Of a stretch of DNA of 29,592 bases, positions 16,270 to 24,959 are shown piece after piece. The position numbers and the translations under genes were made by a program. Position 1 is the first letter of the stretch. Each line of letters begins with the position of its first letter. The DNA is from Candidatus Saccharimonadales bacterium (GTDB lineage: Bacteria > Patescibacteriota > Saccharimonadia > Saccharimonadales > UBA4665), in the NCBI GenBank assembly GCA_036526215.1, contig DATCYV010000112.1, positions 1-29,592 on the forward strand, read 5' to 3'. The notes under the pieces were generated by a model. That model was not told the origin of the DNA. It worked only from the letters and a program-made list of their open reading frames with translations, and did no database searches.

Positions 16270-17919
16270 ATGGCAAAGAAAGTATTTTACGATGACGATG
16301 CCCGCCGCCGCGTGCTGGCTGGCGCCCAGATTTTATACGATGCAGTAAAGACCACCATGGGCCCAAAGGGTCGCAACGTAGTCATTAGCAAGAGCTACGG
16401 CGCCCCAACGGTAACGCATGATGGTGTTACGGTGGCCAAGGGTGTCGAAATTGCTGATGTCGACGACGAGACCTTGGGCTACAAGGTTGGAGCCGAGCTC
16501 ATTAAGCAAGCTGCATCTAAGATGAACGATGTTGCCGGTGACGGTACGACTACTGTGACCGTGTTAACCTACAACATCTTGAACGAGGCCAACAAGCTGA
16601 TTGCTGCCGGCCACAACCCAATGCTACTGCGCAAGGGGCTGGAGGCTGCGGCTGCCGATGTGCTCGACAAGCTCGACGGCTTGCGTGAAGACATTGCCGC
16701 CAACAAGAAGCGTATTGCCGAAGTTGCGACTATCTCGGCAGGCGACGCCGAAATCGGCCAGCTGATTGCCGATGTTATGGACAAGGTTGGCCGCGAAGGT
16801 GTGGTGACGGTCGAAGAAGGCCAGGCACTGGCGCTTGAGAGCGAAGTAGTTGAGGGCTTTACCTTTGACAAGGGTTTTGTGAGCGCCTACATGGTGACCG
16901 ATACTGCTCGCATGGAAGCTATTTACGACAAGCCAGCAGTCGTGATTACCGACAAAAAGATTAGCTCGGCCCAAGAGCTCTTCCCGGTGCTTGAAAAGGT
17001 TGCTCAGACTGGCAAAAAAGATCTCGTGCTGATCGCCGAAGATGTTGACGGTGAGGCTTTGGCCGCGTTGGTGCTTAACCGCCTGAAGGGTGCGTTTAAC
17101 ACACTGGCCGTTAAGGCACCATCGTTCGGTGACCGCCGCAAGGAGATCCTTGAGGACATTGCTATTTTGACTGGCGCGACAGTTATTACCGAAGATCTTG
17201 GCATTACGCTCGATGGCTTTGAGCTGAGCATGGTCGGTACTGCCCGCAAGGTTGTTTCAAGCAAAGACGAAACCACCATTATTGAAGGTGCCGGCGCAGC
17301 TGCTGACGTGCAGGCTCGCATTAAGCAAATTACCGCGCAAATTGATGCTGCCAGCAGCGAATATGACCGCGAACAGCTCGAGAAGCGCCGCGCTGCTTTG
17401 ACCGGCAAGGTTGCCGTGATTAAAGTTGGTGGTGCAACCGAGACCGAGATCGAAGAAAAGAAATACCGCGTTGACGACGCTGTTGCTGCCGTAAAGGCCG
17501 CGCTGACCGAAGGTATTGTGCCTGGTGGTGGGGTGACGCTCGTTAATCTATCGGCGACAATCACTACAAGTAATGATGATGACGCAGCCATTGCAGCAGG
17601 CAAGATGCTCCTAAAGAACGCACTTGAGCAGCCGTTCCGTATCTTGATGCGCAATGCTGGTCTCAATGCTGACGAATGGTTGCCGCAGGTCAAGGCTGCC
17701 AAGCCAGGCTATGGCGTGAACGTGAATGACCCAACAAAGCTAGTTGACATGAAGGCTTCTGGCGTTGTTGACCCGGCCCGCGTTACTAAAGAAGCGCTTC
17801 TCAATGCGGTCTCGATTGCCGGTACCAGCATGACTATGGGTGCCTTGGTCGTTGAAGTGCCCGAAAAGGCTTCGGCCGCTCCTGCTATGCCCGACATGGG
17901 CGGCGTGGGCATGATGTAG
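16270..17919 (+). CDS. groEL: Chaperonin GroEL
   Basis: TMGPKGRNV, AGDGTTT, GGATETEIEEKK, C-terminal MGGVGMM. Confidence 0.98.
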   Translation: MAKKVFYDDDARRRVLAGAQILYDAVKTTMGPKGRNVVISKSYGAPTVTHDGVTVAKGVEIADVDDETLGYKVGAELIKQAASKMNDVAGDGTTTVTVLTYNILNEANKLIAAGHNPMLLRKGLEAAAADVLDKLDGLREDIAANKKRIAEVATISAGDAEIGQLIADVMDKVGREGVVTVEEGQALALESEVVEGFTFDKGFVSAYMVTDTARMEAIYDKPAVVITDKKISSAQELFPVLEKVAQTGKKDLVLIAEDVDGEALAALVLNRLKGAFNTLAVKAPSFGDRRKEILEDIAILTGATVITEDLGITLDGFELSMVGTARKVVSSKDETTIIEGAGAAADVQARIKQITAQIDAASSEYDREQLEKRRAALTGKVAVIKVGGATETEIEEKKYRVDDAVAAVKAALTEGIVPGGGVTLVNLSATITTSNDDDAAIAAGKMLLKNALEQPFRILMRNAGLNADEWLPQVKAAKPGYGVNVNDPTKLVDMKASGVVDPARVTKEALLNAVSIAGTSMTMGALVVEVPEKASAAPAMPDMGGVGMM

Positions 17920-17939
17920 CCGCTCATCTACCAGGCACT

Positions 17940-17970
17940 AAAAGACCGGGTTTGCGCCCGGTCTTTTCTT
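17940..17970 (+). terminator. groESL terminator
   Basis: AAAAGACCGGG-TTTGCG-CCCGGTCTTTT. Confidence 0.85.
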
Positions 17971-18033
17971 GAGCAAGTAAGTATCAACAGCTATGAACGG
18001 CTTGAGCTAGGTCTGAACGGGGTAGATACAAGA

Positions 18034-18073
18034 CTAACGCCATCGCATTTATTCAATAATGCAATGGCGTTAG
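18034..18073 (-). terminator. Hairpin after the tat gene cluster (likely terminator)
   Basis: CTAACGCCATCGCATT-N8-AATGCAATGGCGTTAG; the mismatch is G-U on the minus strand; weak U tail. Confidence 0.55.
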
Positions 18074-18100
18074 ATCTTTTACGCGAAAACTTAGTTTACG

Positions 18101-18295
18101 TTATGCTTTGCGCTTTTCGCCACCGTACGCGCCACCGCCGTAGCCGAAGGATGATGTTTGGTGAAAAGGATTCTTCTTGCCGAGGAGTTGCAGCAGGGTA
18201 GAGAAGCCCATGATTGTTGCAGCGCCAAAGCCAAGGGTGGCTAAGAACTCTTTGCGGGTCATTTCCTTTTCCATCAGGTTGTTTATTCGCAGCAT
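18101..18295 (-). CDS. Small protein consisting of a Tat-signal-like segment and a YGxGxYG tail
   Basis: MTRKEFL + hydrophobic helix + KK + YGGGAYGG; AAAGGAAG upstream; directly downstream of tatC. Confidence 0.75.
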   Translation of the reverse strand: MLRINNLMEKEMTRKEFLATLGFGAATIMGFSTLLQLLGKKNPFHQTSSFGYGGGAYGGEKRKA

Positions 18296-18369
18296 ATCTC
18301 TTCCTTTATATATGTTTGTATAAGCTTAAGCGTATTGTAGAACGGCAGGCGCACACATGTCAACTGACT

Positions 18370-19461
18370 TTACTTGGAAATTTGTATTTTCCTGGTTGTC
18401 GGAGATACTGGGCGCCCGATTGCGGGTTTGCTGTAGTCGCTGATATAGCGCCTTGGTCGATTTGCCTGCCGTGTGGCATGTTGTGGAATTGATGCAAGCT
18501 GCGGCATCGGAGAAATGCCTGCAGTAACTGGTTCAGACTGGGCGAGAACGGTGGCTTTGGTTTCGTGTATGGCCTGAGACATTGCCGATTCCCAGGTTTG
18601 GCGGGCTCTAGTGAATTCATTAACACGTTTTTCGCGCGTTTCGGCATCTTTTTGGAGAAGGGCAAGTACTTTCTTTGGTCGTCGATGCTTGCGATTTACC
18701 ATCCAAATTAGAACAATGCTTAACTCATACATGGCGATAATGGGCGCGGCCATAATGGTTTGGTTTTTGACGTCTGGTGACGGACTAATCATCGCCCCAA
18801 CGACAAATGCTATAAGTATGACCCAGCGTTGCTTGCCCATGAGCATACCGGGCTTAAGCGGCTTGATATGGTTAATAAAGAGCAGTATTAATGGCAGCTG
18901 AAAGAGTATTGCTGCGCCCAATAAGTAGACGAGTACAAATGAGAGATACGATTGGACAGAAATCAGTGCTTGTATCTGATTGGTAGAAAACGTGTGCAAT
19001 AAGAAATTAAGCCCGGCTGATAGCCCGACAAAGTAACCAAAGCTCATGCCTAGACATGCTAAAACGGCCGACCAAAAACCCACCCAATGCAAAAAATGCA
19101 TGGTTTCTTTTTTGACAAGCGGAGTAAAGTACAGCAGTATTTGGCTGACAATGACTGGAATGCTCAAAAAGAAACCAGTGTACACACAAATGCGTACAAT
19201 AAAGTCAAACCCACCCCCTGGTGATGTGTATATAAACTGTTGGTTTCCGGCAGGCGCAAGAAGCCACTGCGTTAACTGCTTGTGGAACATGCTGGCTAAG
19301 CCGCTAAATACCGCCACAGAAAGCGCAATATAAAATAGCCGCTTCCGCAGTTCATACACATGCTCGATAAAGGGGAGCCGTTGGGGCTCAATCGCTTGCC
19401 TAAGAAGCTGATTCTGAGCGTGTCTTCTCGCCGGTTTGCTTTTGGCTTTTTGCTTGTTCAC
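18370..19461 (-). CDS. tatC: Twin-arginine translocase subunit TatC with long C-terminal extension
   Basis: PFIEHVYELRKRL, multiple TMs, FQLPLIL, ISPSPDVKNQ..MAAPIIAMYELS; GTG start. Confidence 0.92.
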   Translation of the reverse strand: MNKQKAKSKPARRHAQNQLLRQAIEPQRLPFIEHVYELRKRLFYIALSVAVFSGLASMFHKQLTQWLLAPAGNQQFIYTSPGGGFDFIVRICVYTGFFLSIPVIVSQILLYFTPLVKKETMHFLHWVGFWSAVLACLGMSFGYFVGLSAGLNFLLHTFSTNQIQALISVQSYLSFVLVYLLGAAILFQLPLILLFINHIKPLKPGMLMGKQRWVILIAFVVGAMISPSPDVKNQTIMAAPIIAMYELSIVLIWMVNRKHRRPKKVLALLQKDAETREKRVNEFTRARQTWESAMSQAIHETKATVLAQSEPVTAGISPMPQLASIPQHATRQANRPRRYISDYSKPAIGRPVSPTTRKIQISK

Positions 19462-19615
19462 CGTCGCTCAAACCTTTCCGAAGTTCACGTACTTAAGACC
19501 CCGCGCTGCGTGCCAGTTCTGGAAGCTTCTTACCACCGAACAGCAAGAGCACGATCAAGAAGATTAGCAAAAGTTCTGGTGCGCCCAGATCCAGAAAACC
19601 AAACTCGCTAAACAT
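19400..19615 (-). pseudogene. tatA: TatA interrupted by an in-frame TAA at codon 41 (or a sequencing error)
   Basis: Manual translation [70 protein letters not shown]; GAGGG upstream; absent from the ORF track. Confidence 0.85.
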
Positions 19616-19693
19616 GTTACCCTCACTTACTATTAATTATTAGCATTTCCATGATATCATAAGCATGAAGGTTAACGTAAGAAAATTATCAAA

Positions 19694-19972
19694 ATGTATA
19701 TATCATATTTCGCAGAAGCATACGGTACAGGTAATTACGGAAGTGGCAGTTATTCATGTACGACAGCCCAACAGCAGGCTGGTACTTGTGCCACTACGAC
19801 TACAGGTCTAAGTAATACGGGTATTGCAGTGGCGGCTATCGTCACATTGGCGTGCCTTATTATCTTTATTGGCCTTGTGGTGCGTATTTGGCGTCGTAAG
19901 CCGGCGGTTGTCGCCCAAGAGATCGACGACGAAGACGTAGCTCGCATCAGTCGCGGCTCAAGCAACGAATAG
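19694..19972 (+). CDS. Small putative sortase substrate with N-terminal YGxGxYG motif
   Basis: YGTGNYGSGSY, Cys pair, LSNTG + hydrophobic helix + RIWRRK; adjacent to a sortase. Confidence 0.75.
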   Translation: MYISYFAEAYGTGNYGSGSYSCTTAQQQAGTCATTTTGLSNTGIAVAAIVTLACLIIFIGLVVRIWRRKPAVVAQEIDDEDVARISRGSSNE

Positions 19973-19992
19973 GACGGACGAAGGAGCAAACC

Positions 19993-20064
19993 ATGTTACT
20001 GTACGGCAACATGGTTTGCGGCTGTATTCGCATACCAGAGCAGGGCAATACTGGCTATAAGTAG
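19993..20064 (+). CDS. Candidate micro-ORF MLLYGNMVCGCIRIPEQGNTGYK
   Basis: AAGGAG 6 nt upstream of ATG; 23 codons. Confidence 0.25.
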   Translation: MLLYGNMVCGCIRIPEQGNTGYK

Positions 20065-20096
20065 TCCAAGCAAGACCCAAAATTTTATGCGGTCGC

Positions 20097-20681
20097 TCAT
20101 TCAATCTTCTCCAAATTGGCAATAACAACTAAGCGGTTCTTGGGCATCCAGAGAGGTGTGCAAGTATAAATGGTAAGTCGGGCATCGGCCGTTGGGGCTT
20201 CGATGCTCGTTTGGTCTGGGCTAACTTCTTTGATTTCGCCCACTGAGTATACATAATGCTTGTTTTTCCACCATACGCCGATGTGATCGTGTAGCTGTAC
20301 GGCATTAAGGCTGTAGAGTATGCCTTTTGGATTGCTGTATGTAAAACGGTGGCCAACGATTACAGTGTTGCTGCCTTTGTCGGGGGTGCTGCCGTTTGGG
20401 CGTAGCCATAGCCCTTTTTGGAGTGTTTGCGCGGTGCGTCCTTGATTGATGGGCTGATCGAGGCCCATGCTCGGAATAATGAGGCGATCGTCGGCTGGCG
20501 CATTTTGTATTTTGGGAGATGGGGTGTTTATCTTGGTTTCAAGATGCTGTATGTACCGCTTGTCTCGATTATGCAGCAGTAGTGCTATTTGGGGAACTAT
20601 CGGCAGCACAATTACATACCCGTTTATGAGTATGATTGCGGCAAGCAGTCCTGTATTTATACGCGACAACGATAACTTCAC
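20097..20681 (-). CDS. Sortase
   Basis: N-terminal TM, VIVGHRF (His), LTIYTCTP (Cys), RLVV (Arg). Confidence 0.92.
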   Translation of the reverse strand: MKLSLSRINTGLLAAIILINGYVIVLPIVPQIALLLHNRDKRYIQHLETKINTPSPKIQNAPADDRLIIPSMGLDQPINQGRTAQTLQKGLWLRPNGSTPDKGSNTVIVGHRFTYSNPKGILYSLNAVQLHDHIGVWWKNKHYVYSVGEIKEVSPDQTSIEAPTADARLTIYTCTPLWMPKNRLVVIANLEKIE

Positions 20682-20701
20682 GTATGTAAGTATACGACTT
20701 T

Positions 20702-21214
20702 TTAGGCCTCGGCTTCACCCGTATTGTGGGTAAAGTAGTTGATTTCGTTGACGATGTCGAGTAATGCTTGGGCGCGGACTTTTTCGTCCGGAATTTGCAA
20801 GGCAGCGTCGTAGGCAGTTTTAATGAGGTCGGCATTGTCTGCGGCCTGGATCATCATCATGGTCGTTCGGAACTTTTCTTCTGGCGTTTGATCGAGATGA
20901 CCGACGAGTGGTGAAAGCTGCTGCAGGGCTTGTTGTTTGAGACCGAGCAGTTCGTTGGCATTTGCCACTACATCAGGCAGGGCGGCTGGAGCCGTGTCGT
21001 CGGCGGAGGCCACTGGTGCGGTAGCGGCTGCTGCCGCTGCTGATGGCATAACGCCGCTTGGCGACGTGATACCAGCGGGCATTGGCGAGTCGCTGTCGAT
21101 ATATTCACCTGCGTCATTACCAACGGCCGGTGCGGTAGCAGCTGCGCCAAGGTCTTGGTCGGTTGGCGTTATTGCAGATGCGTTCTGCTGCATTTGATCA
21201 TCGTGCCCAAACAT
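20702..21214 (-). CDS. Hypothetical protein (Ala/Pro-rich N-terminus, helical C-terminal domain)
   Basis: ORF fills the gap; start moved to MFGHD after a GGGGG element. Confidence 0.7.
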   Translation of the reverse strand: MFGHDDQMQQNASAITPTDQDLGAAATAPAVGNDAGEYIDSDSPMPAGITSPSGVMPSAAAAAATAPVASADDTAPAALPDVVANANELLGLKQQALQQLSPLVGHLDQTPEEKFRTTMMMIQAADNADLIKTAYDAALQIPDEKVRAQALLDIVNEINYFTHNTGEAEA

Positions 21215-21291
21215 TATTGTTCCCCCACTTAACGTATCTTTTAGTAGTATACTATATGACACTACCATATTAGCACAAGGAGTATAACTGT

Positions 21292-22317
21292 ATGCTAGAT
21301 GACCTTAAATTAATTCACGAGCGGGATCCGCAAGATGCGCTTGGTGTTTCTGGCCGGCAGTGGGAATACCTCGATCGTACGTTTGATGCGCAGTTTACTC
21401 CCACTGCCCCAATTGAAAACGTTGTGCTGGCTGGTATGGGCGGATCGGCACTTCCGGGTGTTATTGTGAATTCGTGGCCGCAGCTGACGGTTCCGTTTGA
21501 AATAGTGCGAAATTACGATATCCCGGCATACGTTGGTGGAAAAACCTTGTTTATTTCGTCAAGCTACTCGGGTAATACCGAAGAGACGATTGAAGCGCTG
21601 CGCCAGGCTGAGGATAAGGGTGCTCAAATTGTGGTAATCGCTGCCGGTGGTAAACTCGCCGATATCGCCAAAGAAAAAGGCTACCCAATCTATGCTATAC
21701 CCACTGGTATTCAGCCAAGAATGGCGACGTTTTACTTTGTAAATGCGTTTGTAAAGATACTTGAGCCGCATGGCTTAACGGTGCAAAGGGCGAGCGACCT
21801 GGCCGAGGCGCGCGATTGGCTTAAAGGTGAAATCACGCAGTTTGGGCCAGATGTGCCCACCGCCCAAAACCCTGCCAAGCAAATTGCGCTGGAGCTTATG
21901 GGCAAAACGGTTATTGTGTATGCTGGCCCCAAGCTCTTTCCTGCGGCCAACAAATGGAAGATCTGTATGAACGAAAATGCCAAGAATACGGCGTGGTGTA
22001 ATCAGTACCCAGAGTTTAACCACAATGAATTTATCGGCTGGTCGAGCCACCCAACCGATAAGCCGTTTACTGTGGTCGAGATCCGCTCAAAGTTGGAACA
22101 TCCACGGGTGCAAAAGCGTTTTGAGGTATCTGAGCGTTTGCTGTCGGGCATGCGACCGGCGCCAATTGTTGTCGAGCCAAAGGGCGATACGCTGCTTAAA
22201 CAGCTTTTATGGTCGTTTGCGATGGGTGATTTTGTCAGCGTGTATCTTGGCATTTTGAATGGTGTTAACCCGACGCCGGTTGCCCTTGTCGAGAAGCTCA
22301 AGAAGGAGCTGGTCTAG
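21292..22317 (+). CDS. Bifunctional phosphoglucose/phosphomannose isomerase (SIS)
   Basis: AGMGGSA, SSYSGNTEET, KICMNENAK, PEFNHNE; AAGGAG upstream. Confidence 0.9.
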   Translation: MLDDLKLIHERDPQDALGVSGRQWEYLDRTFDAQFTPTAPIENVVLAGMGGSALPGVIVNSWPQLTVPFEIVRNYDIPAYVGGKTLFISSSYSGNTEETIEALRQAEDKGAQIVVIAAGGKLADIAKEKGYPIYAIPTGIQPRMATFYFVNAFVKILEPHGLTVQRASDLAEARDWLKGEITQFGPDVPTAQNPAKQIALELMGKTVIVYAGPKLFPAANKWKICMNENAKNTAWCNQYPEFNHNEFIGWSSHPTDKPFTVVEIRSKLEHPRVQKRFEVSERLLSGMRPAPIVVEPKGDTLLKQLLWSFAMGDFVSVYLGILNGVNPTPVALVEKLKKELV

Positions 22318-22465
22318 TTAGAGAGTGCGGCGCTCAGGTGACAGAGGCCTCCCGGCGATTTTTTTGCGTAGCAAAGTGTCTGAGCATTAGGGAGATGGCA
22401 GCTGAGATCCGCGGTATTATTTATCCAGCTATCCTGCAGTACAGCAGTGATATGATTAAGGTAAT

Positions 22466-23128
22466 ATGCGTATTTTAGTGGTTGAAGACGAGGTAAAAAT
22501 TGCCAAGAGCTTAGAAAAGGGTTTGGCCTCGGAAGGCTACATTGTTGATCTGGCATTTGATAGCGATAGTGCCGCGACATTGGCGGCGGCTAACGCCTAT
22601 GACCTCGTACTTCTCGATTGGATGGTCCCCGGCAAATACGATGGTCCGGAACTTGTCAGGCTCTGGCGCGAAAGTGGTGAGCAAGCGCCTATTTTGATGC
22701 TGACTGCGCGCTCGACGATTGGTGACCGAGTGGTTGGACTGGACGCTGGTGCAGACGATTACTTACCCAAGCCGTTTTCGTTTGACGAGCTGCTTGCGCG
22801 GGTCCGTGCTTTGCTGCGCCGGCCGCGGGCCCATGGCGGCAACATTCTTAAGAGCGGTGACTTGCTTCTTGATGTGATAGCCAAAACGATTGAAATAAAG
22901 GGTAGGCCAGTGCATTTGACTGCCAAAGAGTTCCAACTTATTGAATATTTGCTACGTCACAAGGGCGAAGTAGTCAGCAAAGACCAGCTGCTTGACCATA
23001 TTTGGGCCGACGAAGAGCGTGTGCAACACAACACGGTCGAAACGTTTATTGCCAACGTGCGCAAAAAGATTGGCGGCGGCGATGCTGTAATCCATACCGT
23101 GAGGGGCTATGGCTACAAGGTGGAGTGA
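22466..23128 (+). CDS. OmpR/PhoB-family response regulator
   Basis: ILVVEDE, LLDWMVP, GADDYLPKPF, IHTVRGYGY. Confidence 0.95.
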   Translation: MRILVVEDEVKIAKSLEKGLASEGYIVDLAFDSDSAATLAAANAYDLVLLDWMVPGKYDGPELVRLWRESGEQAPILMLTARSTIGDRVVGLDAGADDYLPKPFSFDELLARVRALLRRPRAHGGNILKSGDLLLDVIAKTIEIKGRPVHLTAKEFQLIEYLLRHKGEVVSKDQLLDHIWADEERVQHNTVETFIANVRKKIGGGDAVIHTVRGYGYKVE

Positions 23129-23138
23129 GCGCCTCAAT

Positions 23139-24158
23139 ATGTTCCGGTCGGCTCGGCTTAAGCTGACGCTCTTTTATTTGGGGATTATCGTTTTGTTCAA
23201 CCTCATGGTGACTATGAGCGTGCGCGTGTATGCCGAACACGAATTTTTGCGAGCGAATACCGAGCAGCGGTCTGAAGTGCGCCAGTGGGTAGTTCAGTTT
23301 TTTGAGGCCCAGATTGGCAAGCGACCAGAGAACGCCATTAATACCATCCAGGATAACCAGGTAGAGCAGGTACGCCGACATTTAAATGACGGCTTGCTCA
23401 TCATCAATCTTGGGGCGCTCGCCATTGGTGGTATCTTGAGCTACTGGTTTGCCGGGCGGACACTGCGTCCCATCGAAGAAGCGCACGAGGCGCAGGCACG
23501 GTTTACGGCGGATGCTAGTCACGAATTGCGAACACCGCTTGCTAACATGCGGCTTGAAAATGAGGTATTTCTGCGCCAAAAACACTTTACTGAAGACGAA
23601 GCACGCGAGCAGTTGATCAGTAACTTAGAGGAGATCCAGCGCTTAGAGCGGCTATCTGGCAATTTGCTTGCACTGCACCAATATGGGCAAGTATCGCTCA
23701 CGCGTATGCCAGCAAACGTGCGGTCGATAATAGACACATCAATTAACCCTTTGCAGGCTGTGGCGCGCACCAAAAATGTGCACATTGAACTTCAAATTGA
23801 TCCAGCCAGAGTACTCGTGCACCACGACAGTATAGTTCAGCTGCTGAATATATTGCTTGATAACGCACTGAAATACGGCGCGACGGGCGGTGAAGTGCTA
23901 CTACAGGGTAAGAAGCGCGGTGGTGTCTATCTGCTAGCGGTGAAGGATAAAGGCCCGGGTATTGCAGCCGGCGATTTGCCACATATTTTTAACCGCCTGT
24001 ACAGGGGAGACAAAGCGCGCTCGGCCAAAGTTGCCGGGTATGGCTTGGGCCTGGCTTTAGCCAAAGAGATCGCCGAGGCAAATAGCGCCACACTGACAGC
24101 TTGCAATAACCAGGGTGGCGGGGCGTGCTTTGAGCTTGGTCTGACACTTGCAGTATAA
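23139..24158 (+). CDS. Membrane sensor histidine kinase (HisKA + HATPase)
   Basis: Two TMs, ADASHELRTPL, LLDNALKY, DKGPGI, GYGLGLAL; start moved to MFRSA. Confidence 0.93.
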   Translation: MFRSARLKLTLFYLGIIVLFNLMVTMSVRVYAEHEFLRANTEQRSEVRQWVVQFFEAQIGKRPENAINTIQDNQVEQVRRHLNDGLLIINLGALAIGGILSYWFAGRTLRPIEEAHEAQARFTADASHELRTPLANMRLENEVFLRQKHFTEDEAREQLISNLEEIQRLERLSGNLLALHQYGQVSLTRMPANVRSIIDTSINPLQAVARTKNVHIELQIDPARVLVHHDSIVQLLNILLDNALKYGATGGEVLLQGKKRGGVYLLAVKDKGPGIAAGDLPHIFNRLYRGDKARSAKVAGYGLGLALAKEIAEANSATLTACNNQGGGACFELGLTLAV

Positions 24159-24165
24159 TAAGAGT

Positions 24166-24846
24166 ATGCAGCGGTTTTTCTTGTCTGCGCGCGTGAGGAT
24201 TTACCTTGTGTTGGGAGCGTCCAGCCTTGTTAGTGTTGGACTGTTTTTGTTGGATGCCTGGAAGAATCACAGCTATGAGTTCAGCTACCTTATATGGAAT
24301 TTAACACTAGCCTGGGTTTCTTTGCTGGCTACGCTCTGGCTCGAGGGTGTCTTGCTTCGACGGCTTTGGTCGAGCTGGTATGCGATGTTCGTAACGGCGG
24401 TGTGGCTGGTATTCTTGCCGAACACCTTCTACATGATCAGCGATTTTATTCATATACAAACGCTCGGGCAAACGGACGTACTCTATGGTGTGGTGATGTT
24501 CACGTCATTCATCATCAACGGTGTCATGCTGGGATTTTTGAGTCTATTTATTGTGCATCAGGAATTGCTCAAGCGTTTGCGATCCAGGCAGGCTGGTGGC
24601 TTAATTGCTCTGGTGGTGCTCATCTGTAGTTTCGCAATTTATATCGGACGCGAGTTGCGTTGGAATACTTGGGATCTTATTACGAATCCTGCGTCAGTAT
24701 TAATTGACGTCTCGGACCGTGTGTTAAACCCGCGAGAACACCCGCAGGCGCTGACGACGACGACTAGCTTTTTTGTACTGCTCATGTCGCTGTATGCTGT
24801 CTTTTGGTACAGTACTCGCTTGAGCCGCATCAAGCCGCGTGATTAG
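24166..24846 (+). CDS. DUF1361-like membrane protein
   Basis: YLIWNLTLAW, WLVFLPNTFYMISDFIH, IYIGRELRWNTWD; start moved to MQRFF, 6 nt after TATAAT. Confidence 0.8.
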   Translation: MQRFFLSARVRIYLVLGASSLVSVGLFLLDAWKNHSYEFSYLIWNLTLAWVSLLATLWLEGVLLRRLWSSWYAMFVTAVWLVFLPNTFYMISDFIHIQTLGQTDVLYGVVMFTSFIINGVMLGFLSLFIVHQELLKRLRSRQAGGLIALVVLICSFAIYIGRELRWNTWDLITNPASVLIDVSDRVLNPREHPQALTTTTSFFVLLMSLYAVFWYSTRLSRIKPRD

Positions 24847-24853
24847 TGCGTGT

Positions 24854-24891
24854 CCCCCCCCTTGCGGGGGGGGGCTATATTGCCCTACAAT
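24854..24891 (+). promoter_or_regulatory. Putative promoter containing C8 and G9 homopolymers
   Basis: C8-TTGC-G9; TTGCGG (24862-24867)-N18-TACAAT (24886-24891) upstream of CDS 24960. Confidence 0.5.
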
Positions 24892-24959
24892 AACCACTAG
24901 CATATAGAGCACCCTGAGCCCAAACCAGGAAACCATAGTAGAAGGAGTAAACCAACACC

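Noticed and set aside
17994-18020. TGAACGG repeated at a 20-nt spacing
   Set aside because: Only two 7-nt copies; not CRISPR- or iteron-like
19493-19495. Stop-codon reassignment (code 25 or TAA recoding)
   Set aside because: TGA ends tsaD, the response regulator and the orphan; TAA ends groES and pilins; other genes are uninterrupted
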